DNA from: a virus | Lineage: Duplodnaviria > Caudoviricetes | IMG/VR virus record: IMGVR_UViG_3300033551_000015 | Location: 1-39,835 of that record | Reading direction: 5' to 3' (one strand) | DNA length: 39,835 bases | In this document: in pieces, positions 1 through 9,308 of the stretch | Numbering within the stretch: the first letter of the stretch is position 1 | Layout of the letters: the number at the start of each line of letters is the position of its first letter | The notes under the pieces: model-generated | What the model saw: the letters and a program-made list of their open reading frames with translations, nothing else | What the model was told of the DNA's origin: nothing | Databases searched by the model: none | Translations under genes and position numbers: made by a program

Positions 1-2
1 TC

Positions 3-272
3 TTAGAACTGCTCGTCCGGGAAGAACCAGTAGCGACCCGGTGCCGTCGTGCTGAGCCTGTGGCTGCACGACGACAACCGCTCGATCTGATTCCCGTACG
101 GATCGCGCCTCGTCTCGTCATCGACGACGTAGAGAACGTTGATTGCAGGACCGGGCGTACCGTCCTGCACCTCGCCGTTACCCCACTGGTTCGTGACGAG
201 TCCGTCGTGAAGACGACCATACTCGTCAACAACCTTGACGTGCTGTCCGATCTGGAGAGTTCTCTTCTGCAT
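3..272 (-). CDS. hypothetical phage protein (89 aa)
   Basis: Start moved to internal ATG at 272 (MQKRTLQIGQHV...); upstream part of the ORF overlaps a structured intergenic element. Confidence 0.6.
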   Translation of the reverse strand: MQKRTLQIGQHVKVVDEYGRLHDGLVTNQWGNGEVQDGTPGPAINVLYVVDDETRRDPYGNQIERLSSCSHRLSTTAPGRYWFFPDEQF

Positions 273-320
273 GCTGTCTCGCTTTCTGCGGCCTCGTTGC
301 CGCGCAGAGCGAGCGTCTCG

Positions 321-399
321 TGTTCCGCGCTGGAGTCGAACCAGCCTCTTCACCTGCCGACCAAGGCTAGTGACGACCTCCCTCGAGGTCCTGCAGAAC
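321..399 (-). ncRNA. tRNA-like element 1 (non-canonical cloverleaf)
   Basis: Minus strand: GTTCTGC/GCGGAAC 7-bp acceptor, GACCTC/GAGGTC hairpin, irregular TCAC/GTGA arm, T-arm GCTGG-TTCGACT-CCAGC, then A-CGA. Confidence 0.6.
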
Positions 400-425
400 A
401 GAGCCCGGAACCACCGGGCGAACGA

Positions 426-875
426 CTAGCTGCGAGCCGCCGTGTTGTACGAGCAGAATCCGGACCAGGAGTTCACCTGATAGCCGTCCTTCGGGATCGA
501 GTCGTCGTCCATCTTCAGGACGAAGTCGCCCGAGAGCGCCACCGAGCGGAGCAGACGCGAGCCGTCGCGGTACGCATACGTGATCGTCATCACGATCTCG
601 GGAAGCGGATCGCCGTTCAGCTCGGCCGCCTGAATCTTGTCCCACAACTCGGACCAGAGGTGATCTCGCTTCTCCGACTTGAAGCTGACGTCCCAGCCGA
701 CGACATCGAGGTCGCCGCGAGCGCGCTTCTCGCCGGTGAATCGCTTCTTCGCGATCGCGGCGTCGGGCTTGACGCTGAGATCGTGAATAGTTGAGAACGA
801 GCCTCCGAGTCGAGTCCCGTCCACCGTGAGCTGAACCCGCGCCTCCTTGGCGCGAATCTCTCCTGAACCTGCCAT
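426..875 (-). CDS. putative tail tube protein
   Basis: 149 aa, beta-rich pattern, directly downstream of the sheath gene; AGGAG RBS. Confidence 0.6.
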   Translation of the reverse strand: MAGSGEIRAKEARVQLTVDGTRLGGSFSTIHDLSVKPDAAIAKKRFTGEKRARGDLDVVGWDVSFKSEKRDHLWSELWDKIQAAELNGDPLPEIVMTITYAYRDGSRLLRSVALSGDFVLKMDDDSIPKDGYQVNSWSGFCSYNTAARS

Positions 876-907
876 TGGATTTTCTCCTTGTTCCTAGATG
901 GACGAAC

Positions 908-2476
908 TCACTGCTCGGAGACGACGGCATCAGTGCCGATGGTCGCCTGGAGGAGGATCTGGATGTTCTTCGGGATGAGCCGAGCGATCAGCAGCTCACG
1001 CTGAAGACCGACAGCGTTCTCTGCGAGGTTGTTCACCGAGGCGCCGTTCGCATAATCGAAGAGCGGACGACCCGAGCGCTCGTCCTTCATGATGTAGCGC
1101 TCGTTGTTCGCGAGGCCCTCGAGGAAGCTCGAGACTGCCGAGGCGCGAGCCGCGCGGTTCCCCGCGGTGTTCCCCTTGAACTGATCACCCTGGAGCCTAC
1201 GCGCGACCGCGTCGAGGATGAAGTCCTTCATGTAGCGACCATCCAGGTCCTTGTTGTTGACCGTGAAGTCGCACGTGAGCGCGTTGCCGGGGATGACGAC
1301 CTCGTTGCCCTGAGCGTCGACGTCGCGAAGCATGAACGAGACGCCACCGCGATCCAGCGCGTCGCGCACCGGGTTGGACAGCTCGAGGTAGACGCCGCGA
1401 GCAGCGCGAGTCAGCGGCGCGTTGTCGATGTCGCCCGGGTGAACGTCGGGGTCGGTCTGCGAGATGATCGACATCGGGTAGAGGAATGGCTCCTCCAGGA
1501 TCTCCTCGCGCGTGACCGGATCGGTCAGCTTCACGTGGTTGAACCAGTACGACATGCGATCGGTGTTGAACCCGGCGCGCTCCGTGACGGCCGCCGTGTA
1601 CGTGACGGTCTCGTCGTCCGGACAAGCGAACCAGACTCGCTGAGTCGTCGCGCCAGCGAGCTCCTCGATCTTCGTCTTGATCGCGACGTTCGAGAGACCG
1701 ACGACGGCGCAGGCGTGGATGCCAGCCATCGCGTCGATGGCTTCCATCGGGCCGGCCGCTCCGGTGTAGTCACCGTCGGCGATCGCGCCGTCGGTGCCGG
1801 CGACGCTCGTGTAGCTGGCAACAACCTGACCGAGCTTGACGTAGCCGTCGGCGTCAGCACCGTCGGTAGACGCCGCGTTGTTCACCGGACGACCGTCGGC
1901 GAGCTTGGCGAGACGGATGAGCGTCGCATGATCGTTGCCGATGACGACGTTCGTGTTGTCGAAGCCGGTCTCGATCTTGATGTTCTCATAGATCGTCACC
2001 TTGCCGTAGAGGCGAACGAGAAGGTTGAACGCGTCCGCGTCACCGTTCGTCGCGGCGACGACCTTGATCCCGACGTCGTTGCCCCACGTCCCGGGGCTCG
2101 CAGCGTCGACCCGCAGAACGGCGACACCAGCTCCGCCGGCGGCGTCCTCGAGCGTGAAGCTCGCCTTGACGGCAGCGGCAGCGGCAGCGCGCGCGACGTA
2201 GAAGCGACCCCAATACTTCCCCTGGAGTGCCTTCCACACGTGACCGAGAATCGCGCCGCCGTTCGTCGCCTTGTCGCGACCACCGAAGACGTCGAGGAAC
2301 CGCTGGTACGTGTCGCACAGAACCGGAACGCCGACGGGTCCGCGGACGCACTGTCCCACGAACCCGACGACGCGGTTCCGCTGACCGCGAATGGGAACCG
2401 CTGGAGCACGCTCCAGCACGTAGACGCCAGGAGCGCCCATCTGGTTCTCAGTGAGGATGTAACGAGGTGCAGGCAT
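908..2476 (-). CDS. contractile tail sheath protein
   Basis: N-terminal PGVYVLE...GFVGQCVRGPV...F...FG and SPGTWGND motifs typical of sheath proteins; 522 aa. Confidence 0.85.
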   Translation of the reverse strand: MPAPRYILTENQMGAPGVYVLERAPAVPIRGQRNRVVGFVGQCVRGPVGVPVLCDTYQRFLDVFGGRDKATNGGAILGHVWKALQGKYWGRFYVARAAAAAAVKASFTLEDAAGGAGVAVLRVDAASPGTWGNDVGIKVVAATNGDADAFNLLVRLYGKVTIYENIKIETGFDNTNVVIGNDHATLIRLAKLADGRPVNNAASTDGADADGYVKLGQVVASYTSVAGTDGAIADGDYTGAAGPMEAIDAMAGIHACAVVGLSNVAIKTKIEELAGATTQRVWFACPDDETVTYTAAVTERAGFNTDRMSYWFNHVKLTDPVTREEILEEPFLYPMSIISQTDPDVHPGDIDNAPLTRAARGVYLELSNPVRDALDRGGVSFMLRDVDAQGNEVVIPGNALTCDFTVNNKDLDGRYMKDFILDAVARRLQGDQFKGNTAGNRAARASAVSSFLEGLANNERYIMKDERSGRPLFDYANGASVNNLAENAVGLQRELLIARLIPKNIQILLQATIGTDAVVSEQ

Positions 2477-2506
2477 GAGACGCTCCTGAAGAAGTTGAAG
2501 AGACGG

Positions 2507-3472
2507 TTACACAGAACGAAGCAGAACTGGACCGTTCTGTCCGTTCTGTCCAGGCTGAGCGCCGAACCCTCCACCGAGTCCGCCGAGTCCGCCGATGTTA
2601 TCGATCACGTACTGACGAAGCGCGCCGACCTTGTCGACGATGACGACGAGTCCGCCGGCTCCACCTCCGCCACCTCCGCCACCGACGCCAGAGCCGGCGA
2701 ATCCGTCGCCGCCGTTCGCACCGCGAGCGAGAATCGTCCCTCCACCCTGGATGTCCGGAGCGAAGATGCAGACGCCGTACGACTGCTGACCGCCTCCTCC
2801 TCCGCCGGCTCCGTTCGCTCCGCCTCCGCCTCCGGCTCCACCTCCGCTGAGCGGAACACCGTTGTTTCCACCCTGAGGGCGAAGCAGGTAGAGCGGCATC
2901 AGCGTGATGCCGTTGAGACCGGAGCCGCCGTTGACGGTGGTCATCGTCCCGCCAAGACCGCCAACCTGACCACCACTCGCCGCACCACCGTTAGCGCCGT
3001 TCGGCACCGGAAGCTCGCTGAGTGCTCCAGTGCTTCCGCCACCGACAGCGCCGACTCCGTTGAATCCGCCGTTGCCGGGATTGAACGAGTTCGCGTAGAT
3101 GCGAATGCCGGTGAACGCTCCTGCCAGACCGCCGGCGACCGCCGTTCCGGGAGCGCCCGGTTGCGGCGCGCGCGACGTGATGATCGACGTCGGTCCGTCG
3201 GTGGTGATAGGCGTCTGGCACATGATCGGGTAGCCGTCGAGGTCGAGAGTGCCTCCAGCGGCGACGTGGATCGAGGTGTGAGCCGAGATGCGAGGATTGA
3301 CGTACGTCTGTCCAGCGCCGACGACGAGAGGTCCGTCCGTGCCTGGACCGAACGCGAACGAGTACAGAAGCGCGGCCGAGTCGACGAGGTCTCGCAGACG
3401 CGCGGGCGTGATGAGCCCCTCGCCGTTGTCTGCGAACAGCTCGTCAAGCTGTGCTTTCGTTCGCATCGTCAT
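2507..3472 (-). CDS. glycine-rich virion protein
   Basis: 321 aa with many GGxGG runs (GGGAGGGGGANGAGGGGGG); lies in the structural operon. Confidence 0.6.
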   Translation of the reverse strand: MTMRTKAQLDELFADNGEGLITPARLRDLVDSAALLYSFAFGPGTDGPLVVGAGQTYVNPRISAHTSIHVAAGGTLDLDGYPIMCQTPITTDGPTSIITSRAPQPGAPGTAVAGGLAGAFTGIRIYANSFNPGNGGFNGVGAVGGGSTGALSELPVPNGANGGAASGGQVGGLGGTMTTVNGGSGLNGITLMPLYLLRPQGGNNGVPLSGGGAGGGGGANGAGGGGGGQQSYGVCIFAPDIQGGGTILARGANGGDGFAGSGVGGGGGGGGAGGLVVIVDKVGALRQYVIDNIGGLGGLGGGFGAQPGQNGQNGPVLLRSV

Positions 3473-3475
3473 TGG

Positions 3476-4246
3476 TTAGCTCCCGAACCCTGATGAGAAG
3501 CCGTCGCTCCAGGAGTCGGCGACCTTCTTCGGCGGATATCCCGTGTAGTACTCGTTGTCGGCTCCGCCGTCGAGGTCGGTGATCTTGACGTCGTCCGGAT
3601 CGCTGTCGTCAATCGGTTGATCGACGTGAACGTCGAACCCGAAGATGAACTTCTTGATCAACGCCTGACGCGGATCGTCGCGCGGGACCAGAAGCGACAA
3701 CTCCAGCTCGAACGAGAGCCAGGCCCAGAGTCGCTCGGCAAATGCGTACTCGGCGGTCCAGGTGGAGTCGCCGACGATCGCCGTTGCGGTCCACGGACAC
3801 GGAAGCGTGTAGTCGCCGACGACCGGCTCGGGGATGTCGAAGAGCCATCGACCTGGGGCCTCTGGCTCGTCGAAGAACATTCGGAAGATTCTCGCCTCGA
3901 GTTCCTCGCGCTTGGCCGCGTGACGAGCGCCGACCCAGATGCGACCCCGACACCTCATGGTGCCGACGAGTGAGAGCCATGCTCCGCAGCCGAGGTCCAA
4001 GTTCGGCTTCCAGTCGAGCGTCGCGGTAGCACCGATGAGCGGCTGATTGTTCTCGTCAGCCTGGACCTCGTCGTCGTCGGTCACCTCGATGTTCGTCGTG
4101 TCGATCATGATCGACACTGATGGAGCGTCTGGAGCTGCGCTCGGTGGCGCGGCGATAGCCGTCGGTCGCTGTGCAAGACGCAACCGCTCATGCAGTGCGT
4201 CGCACATACGATTGACGGCTTGTCGCCTGAACGCCAGCGAGATCAC
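3476..4246 (-). CDS. hypothetical neck/tail-terminator region protein
   Basis: Overlaps upstream gene stop; position between neck genes and sheath. Confidence 0.45.
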   Translation of the reverse strand: MISLAFRRQAVNRMCDALHERLRLAQRPTAIAAPPSAAPDAPSVSIMIDTTNIEVTDDDEVQADENNQPLIGATATLDWKPNLDLGCGAWLSLVGTMRCRGRIWVGARHAAKREELEARIFRMFFDEPEAPGRWLFDIPEPVVGDYTLPCPWTATAIVGDSTWTAEYAFAERLWAWLSFELELSLLVPRDDPRQALIKKFIFGFDVHVDQPIDDSDPDDVKITDLDGGADNEYYTGYPPKKVADSWSDGFSSGFGS

Positions 4247-4716
4247 GGCTTACTCTTCTCCTCCCTCAAGATTCTCTGCAGCTCCTCCCTGAAGAACTTC
4301 TTCGCCATCGGGAGTGCTTTCCTCATCACGTGTCTACCTTCTTGACCGTGCTGCTCGATCGTCTTGGCGATCGCCCACGACGCCGACTCGGCGTTCGCCT
4401 CGTCGAGTCCCAGCTTGATCATGCACCATCGCTTGATCGCCTCGCGTCCCTCCTTGGAGACCTTGTGAGGGCGAGCACCCTCCTCGACGATGCCAGCGTG
4501 GGGAGCGTCGTTGACGACGCCTCTGTCGGTCGCGCGGAACCCGTTCTTGTAGGTTCCCTGATACGTGATGCCGAGCTTGTCGGATTGATTCGCGAGATAC
4601 GTCTTCAGTCTCAGCGACGCCGCTCGAGCGGCCTTCGGTATCGCGCCTTTGATCGCCTCGCCCTTGCGTCGCAGCGCTTTTGGCAGATCAGCTGCGCTGA
4701 TCTTGATCGCGTTCAC
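4243..4716 (-). CDS. HK97 gp10-like tail completion/neck protein
   Basis: VVNDAPHAGIVEEGARPH resembles the N..YA..VE.G motif; synteny. Confidence 0.55.
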   Translation of the reverse strand: MNAIKISAADLPKALRRKGEAIKGAIPKAARAASLRLKTYLANQSDKLGITYQGTYKNGFRATDRGVVNDAPHAGIVEEGARPHKVSKEGREAIKRWCMIKLGLDEANAESASWAIAKTIEQHGQEGRHVMRKALPMAKKFFREELQRILREEKSKP

Positions 4717-5216
4717 GGTGCGTCCGTCGCGTCCAGCGGACCCATGTCCGACGTCTCGTTGAGCACGATGTACCAGTCGGTCGCGTCGCCCGGTGTGTCA
4801 CCGCGTCGGGCGACCGGGCCGGCTGAGATCACGAAGTAGCGGGTCTTCTGCCGTTGTCCGTGCGCCTCGGTGAGGCGATACGCGACCTCGGTTCGGTGGT
4901 CCGCCTTCGGCGCGAGTTCGGCCTCGGTGTACCGAAGCGAGACGCCAGTCAGCGTGAGGGTGCCGGATGCCTCGCGCCCTGCCGGACCGAGGCGATCCCT
5001 CGTGTTCCGGCGGACGTGAGGTGTCGGGTCCAACTCGAGGACGCTCTCCTCGCATCTCCCGACCCCGGTGCTCTCTCCCGACCATCGTCTGGTGACGATG
5101 GCGACCTTCCACGGGCGAGTGCCGAGCTTGCCGTGGATCTTCCGCCGAACCGTGTCCACCACGTCGATGAGCTTATCGGCGTGCTTGGAGCGATCGACGG
5201 TAGAGTCCTTAGCCAT
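4713..5216 (-). CDS. putative head closure/head-tail joining protein
   Basis: 167 aa; synteny only. Confidence 0.4.
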   Translation of the reverse strand: MAKDSTVDRSKHADKLIDVVDTVRRKIHGKLGTRPWKVAIVTRRWSGESTGVGRCEESVLELDPTPHVRRNTRDRLGPAGREASGTLTLTGVSLRYTEAELAPKADHRTEVAYRLTEAHGQRQKTRYFVISAGPVARRGDTPGDATDWYIVLNETSDMGPLDATDAP

Positions 5217-5233
5217 CTCGGCTCAGCTCTCGG

Positions 5234-5995
5234 TCAGCGGTAGCCGGGGATCTGGATGCCGACGAGCGTCGCGGTCCACGCACCGCCGGCGCTGAGCGCC
5301 GAGAGACGAGCGCGGATGAGCTTCGCGTGCATCGGGCGACCGCCGGTGCCGCTGAGCGAGACGGGGAACGAGACGTTCGCCGCCGCGACGAAGTCGGTGT
5401 CGGCCACCGTCGCGAGCTCGTCCCAGTTGACGCCATCGATGGAGCGCTCGACGATGATCGCGCACGTGCCGACACCGGGATCGACGATCTGGTTCAGCAG
5501 GAGAGCGATGTTCGTGAGCCCCTCCGCGCTGAACGTGATCGCGTCGTTGACGGCCTCCATGAGCCCGTCCGAGTCAGCGTCGGTGGTGAGCGTCCCGGCG
5601 TCGATGATGAGGCGCTCGCTCGGATCGCGCTGGACGCCGTAGCCGAGAACCGTGTACGAGCCGCCGCCGGCGACGGCGGTGAGCTTGACGCGGATCTGCT
5701 TCGCGAGCAGAGGCATGCCGTTCACGTCGACGAGAAGCAGCGACTGAGCCTTGTTCGCGCCAGCGGGGAACGAGGCCTCGGTGAACTGACCGACCGGATC
5801 CCAGTTCACGCCGTCGAGCGTGCGCTCGATGTCGATCGTACACGTGCCGGCGTCGACGATCTGGTTGACGAACACCTCGATGTTCGTGCAGTGACGGACG
5901 TCCATAACGGCGACATCGTTCGTCGTGTCGAGCTGCTCGGTGGTGCCGGCGTCGACAGTGTACGCGACGAGAATGGGAACGATCTTCTTCAGCAT
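5234..5995 (-). CDS. structural protein with two tandem homologous beta domains
   Basis: NQIVD...C.I..ER..DGVNWD...F.A.AN...P..AK.IR..L.A occurs twice; AGGAG RBS. Confidence 0.65.
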   Translation of the reverse strand: MLKKIVPILVAYTVDAGTTEQLDTTNDVAVMDVRHCTNIEVFVNQIVDAGTCTIDIERTLDGVNWDPVGQFTEASFPAGANKAQSLLLVDVNGMPLLAKQIRVKLTAVAGGGSYTVLGYGVQRDPSERLIIDAGTLTTDADSDGLMEAVNDAITFSAEGLTNIALLLNQIVDPGVGTCAIIVERSIDGVNWDELATVADTDFVAAANVSFPVSLSGTGGRPMHAKLIRARLSALSAGGAWTATLVGIQIPGYR

Positions 5996-6087
5996 GTCGG
6001 TCTCCTAAAAGGTGGCGCCCTCCTCGGGCATTGGACGTAACGGTGGAATTAACCGCCCTCCGCGTCGAGGAGGACGCCGAAACTAGA

Positions 6088-6486
6088 CTACCGGCCGAAC
6101 CGGCTCTCGGCGGGATCGCCCGAGTAGAAGCTCCCGTTGTCACGAACATTGGAGCTCGAGCTGAAGACGTCTCCGTCGATGGAGATCTTCAGGAACCTGG
6201 CGAGCTGGTTGACGTAGCTGCGACCGAGGCGCCAGAGGTGATCCAGCGTGTAGTGAGCGCGAACCTTCACGCTCCCGTCCTCGATCGCCGCGGCGAGCGG
6301 CATGGTCTCGTGAACTTCGCGAACGATGTCCTCGAGCTTGCAGAGCAGGTCGCGAACGATCGGCCCAGCGACAGGCTCGACCGAGTCGATGGAGTTGAGC
6401 GAACGCATGGCTGGACCGTTGTCCTCGAACACCGAGTATCCGAGGAAGAAGAGGATCTTACCCTTCTCTGCGTCCGTGAATGCCAT
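6088..6486 (-). CDS. putative head-tail adaptor
   Basis: 132 aa, MAFTDAEKGKILFFLGY start; synteny downstream of capsid. Confidence 0.45.
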   Translation of the reverse strand: MAFTDAEKGKILFFLGYSVFEDNGPAMRSLNSIDSVEPVAGPIVRDLLCKLEDIVREVHETMPLAAAIEDGSVKVRAHYTLDHLWRLGRSYVNQLARFLKISIDGDVFSSSSNVRDNGSFYSGDPAESRFGR

Positions 6487-6494
6487 GGCGTCGA

Positions 6495-6758
6495 TCAGTC
6501 CCTGCGAGCGTTGCCGAGAAGGCCGCGAACGCGCTTGTCGTCGATCGGCAGGACCTTCTGCCCGGTGAGCAGCTCGATGACCGCGGGAACCGGATCGCGA
6601 CCCTCCTGCATGAGGCGCGGGAGAGCGTAGCTCTTGTGGAGCAGGAGCTTCTCGCGCGGAGCGAGCTTGTAGGTCGTCCCGCTGATGTTGAACTTGACGG
6701 TCTCGGCAGAGATGTTGATGACCTCGACCGTGTTCGTCTCTTCGTCGATAGCTGGCAT
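6495..6758 (-). CDS. hypothetical protein (87 aa)
   Basis: Start at MPAIDEE with GGAGG RBS; follows capsid gene. Confidence 0.6.
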   Translation of the reverse strand: MPAIDEETNTVEVINISAETVKFNISGTTYKLAPREKLLLHKSYALPRLMQEGRDPVPAVIELLTGQKVLPIDDKRVRGLLGNARRD

Positions 6759-6835
6759 TGAACTTTTCCTCCGTTTGGCGGTTGAGCGACTTCCACCTGC
6801 GTGCGACCGCTGGCAGACGACGACCAAACCGACAC

Positions 6836-6878
6836 AGCCCGCACGCTGGCGCGATAGAGGTCGCGCAGCGTGCGGGCT
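6836..6878 (-). terminator. long stem-loop after major capsid gene (terminator or processing site)
   Basis: AGCCCGCACGCT(G)GCGCGA / TCGCGCAGCGTGCGGGCT, ~18-bp stem; no strong U-tract. Confidence 0.45.
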
Positions 6879-6889
6879 ATGGCAGTCGA

Positions 6890-7963
6890 TCACTCGGCGC
6901 GGAACGCGATGTCCTTGATCAGGAGGTGCGCGTTCGGACGCGACACCTTCAGACCGAGGGTGCAGTCGATCATCCACGACTCGAAGTTACCCTGCGAGGG
7001 TAGCGAGATGATGTTCGCGACGAGCGGCGAACCGGCTCCCGCCGGAGCACCCGTCATGTCCTGCTCCTGCGGAAGACCGGCGAGCGGAACCGTCGCCATG
7101 ATCTTGCCGCGAGCGACGCGAGCAGGAGCGGTCGGCAGGTACTCGAGGGCGATCGAGTCCTCCGAGAAGAACGCGAGGTAGCCCGACGGAACCGAGATGT
7201 CCTTGAACACCGGAACGCCGTTCACCTCGACCGCGTTGAAGCCGAGCGACATGGTCAGCTTCTGGCTGCGGATGTAGACCTCTTGGAGAATCCGACGCTG
7301 ACCACCCTCCATCTCGGCGAGCGAGCGCCAGATGTTCGAGGTGGTGATGCCCCACGTCGGGATCTTGCCGGAGGCGTTGAACACCTGCTCGAAGCCGTAC
7401 TCGACGAGCGAGAGGCTGATGGCGCGCGGGATGCCGCCGTTCGCGAGCGTGATGCCCTGCGTCTGCGGGTAGGTCGCGCGGTCCATCGTGCCGGCGTACG
7501 TACCGGACGTCGACAGCGGACCGTTCGCCGCCATCGTGAGGCCGTAGAGCTTCTGGGGAGCACCCGTGCCGTCGCCGCTCCAGATGTCGTCGTTCACCTT
7601 CTTCGCGGCGCGCTCGCGAGCCTGGATCATCTTGAACATCCAGGTGTTGCCGAGGTCCGTCTTCGAGAACTGCGCGCCGTCCTCGGCACGACCAGTGATC
7701 TTGAAGGCGTCGCCGTACTCGGACCACGGCAGGGTCGCGAGCAGCTCGACGTCCGCGTTGAACGTGTTGACGACCTGTCCGTCGTCGAACACCTGACCCG
7801 TCGCGGTGCCGACGGACACGTCCCACGCGAGGTTCTTACCCATCCCCACCTCCTTGCGGATGAGGTTCGCGGTGACGTGCGAGCGGTTGTACTGCTTGAC
7901 AACCTGCTGACGGATGAACTGCTCGAGAGCGGGATTGAGAGCTGCGAGATCGGTGTCGGCCAT
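6890..7963 (-). CDS. major capsid protein
   Basis: 357 aa after scaffold; DDIWSGDGT...GL and NGVPVFKD motifs fit HK97-fold capsids. Confidence 0.75.
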   Translation of the reverse strand: MADTDLAALNPALEQFIRQQVVKQYNRSHVTANLIRKEVGMGKNLAWDVSVGTATGQVFDDGQVVNTFNADVELLATLPWSEYGDAFKITGRAEDGAQFSKTDLGNTWMFKMIQARERAAKKVNDDIWSGDGTGAPQKLYGLTMAANGPLSTSGTYAGTMDRATYPQTQGITLANGGIPRAISLSLVEYGFEQVFNASGKIPTWGITTSNIWRSLAEMEGGQRRILQEVYIRSQKLTMSLGFNAVEVNGVPVFKDISVPSGYLAFFSEDSIALEYLPTAPARVARGKIMATVPLAGLPQEQDMTGAPAGAGSPLVANIISLPSQGNFESWMIDCTLGLKVSRPNAHLLIKDIAFRAE

Positions 7964-8180
7964 GGTCGGTCTCCGGTGTTGCTCGGAGGTCCCCGAGCGT
8001 GGAATGTGAAGAGTGCCCTGCGGATTCGATCAGTTGACGCACTGACCAGCGAGCTTTGCTCTTTCACACCGAGCCGGCGAGCCCTCGCGTTCCTCTGAGA
8101 CGTCCACCCATCTCAGCACGAGGTATGACCACACCGATCACGCGCTTCGTCAGCGCAGAATCAACGTGTTACTTCCGCCT

Positions 8181-8206
8181 TAGCATAGCGCAAAACGCAT
8201 TGCAAG
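8181..8206 (-). promoter_or_regulatory. putative late promoter upstream of capsid leader
   Basis: CTTGCAA-N10-GC-N4-CTA in AT-rich patch; same spacing recurs at 21316-21341. Confidence 0.4.
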
Positions 8207-8307
8207 GAAGAAATGAAAAATCTTCAAAATTTCTTGGTCTGCGATGCGCGCGCAAATTGCCCGGTGAGTCTGCCGACCACCGGGCGATTCGCCGTTCGAT
8301 GACTGGA

Positions 8308-9126
8308 CTACTGCTGACGTGTGACCGAGCCGGAGATGATGCTACCGAGGCCCTCCATCGTCATCTCTCCCTTCCCGTCGACGCCACCAGCTCCACCGCG
8401 TCCGCCCGAACCGCGAGCCTGAACGGGCGGAGCGACCTCCTTGCCTGAGTCGCTCTTGACCCACGAGTCGAGACCGTCCTTGAACGGAAGCAACTCGCCG
8501 TTCGCGGTCTTCCACAGGATCTTCTCCGGGTCGTCCTCGTCGCGAACGACGTGCTTCCCGTGCAGCTGATCCACGACCATGTCGATGAGCGCCGGCTTCA
8601 CCTTGCCGCTCAGCGAGGTGACGAGCATGCCGCGCTCCTCGTTGCGACGAGCCTTGTCGCTCGCAGCCTTCGCCTCGCGCTCCCACTTCTCGGCCTTCTC
8701 CTTGGCCTCCTTCGCGGTGTCCTCCGCACGCTTGAGAGCGGCGCGAGTCTCCGGCGACAGATCGGACTGACCGCCCTTCGGCTTCCCGCCTTCGCCACCG
8801 GATCCGCCCTCCCCTCCGCCGGTGTCTTCGTCCTCCGCGAGGATCGCCTCCTTCAGCTCGTTCAGCTTCGTGCTGAACGTCTGGTCGATGTTCTTCATGA
8901 GGCGAGTCTCGAAGCGCTTCTCGCGCTCGCCCATCGCCTTGTGGAAGTAGCGGTTGAACCGCTCCTCGAACTTCTTGTCCTCGTCGTCGCCTCCGCCGGA
9001 TCCGCCGGACCCGCCACCTCCGCCGGACCCACCTCCACCGTCTTCCTGACCCATGAAGATGGTGGGTCGGCCGAACAGGCCGACGTGAGAAGCACCCGAA
9101 CCGCTGAACTTGCTCTGCATCCGCAT
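8308..9126 (-). CDS. capsid scaffolding protein
   Basis: Gly-rich linkers, charged coiled coil, C-terminal GSGG; AAGGAG RBS; directly upstream of capsid. Confidence 0.65.
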   Translation of the reverse strand: MRMQSKFSGSGASHVGLFGRPTIFMGQEDGGGGSGGGGGSGGSGGGDDEDKKFEERFNRYFHKAMGEREKRFETRLMKNIDQTFSTKLNELKEAILAEDEDTGGGEGGSGGEGGKPKGGQSDLSPETRAALKRAEDTAKEAKEKAEKWEREAKAASDKARRNEERGMLVTSLSGKVKPALIDMVVDQLHGKHVVRDEDDPEKILWKTANGELLPFKDGLDSWVKSDSGKEVAPPVQARGSGGRGGAGGVDGKGEMTMEGLGSIISGSVTRQQ

Positions 9127-9127
9127 C

Positions 9128-9298
9128 TTACTGATCTCCTTCTCCGTTGTTTGACTCGTCCTCCTCGGACTCGTCGTCGTCGTCATCGTCTTCATCGTCG
9201 CCGAAGTCTAATTCGTCGACGTCAACGCTGTAGTACTCGTCGACACGATCTGGATCGATGTCGACCTCGTCTGTGTCGTCGCCATCCTCGATCTGCAT
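9128..9298 (-). CDS. very acidic small protein (56 aa), possible partner of the ADP-ribosyltransferase
   Basis: Asp/Glu-dominated (DDEDDDDDDESEEDE); GAGGT RBS; fills gap between ART and scaffold genes. Confidence 0.5.
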   Translation of the reverse strand: MQIEDGDDTDEVDIDPDRVDEYYSVDVDELDFGDDEDDDDDDESEEDESNNGEGDQ

Positions 9299-9308
9299 TC
9301 TCACTACC

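Noticed and set aside
875-3493. 872-aa plus-strand ORF and other long antisense ORFs (e.g. 18754-20238, 22611-23933)
   Set aside because: Shadow frames of genuine genes in high-GC DNA; no motifs or RBS
8259-8285. Intrinsic terminator after scaffold gene (GCCCGGTG/CACCGGGC)
   Set aside because: Hairpin is real but the following U-tract is weak, so not called
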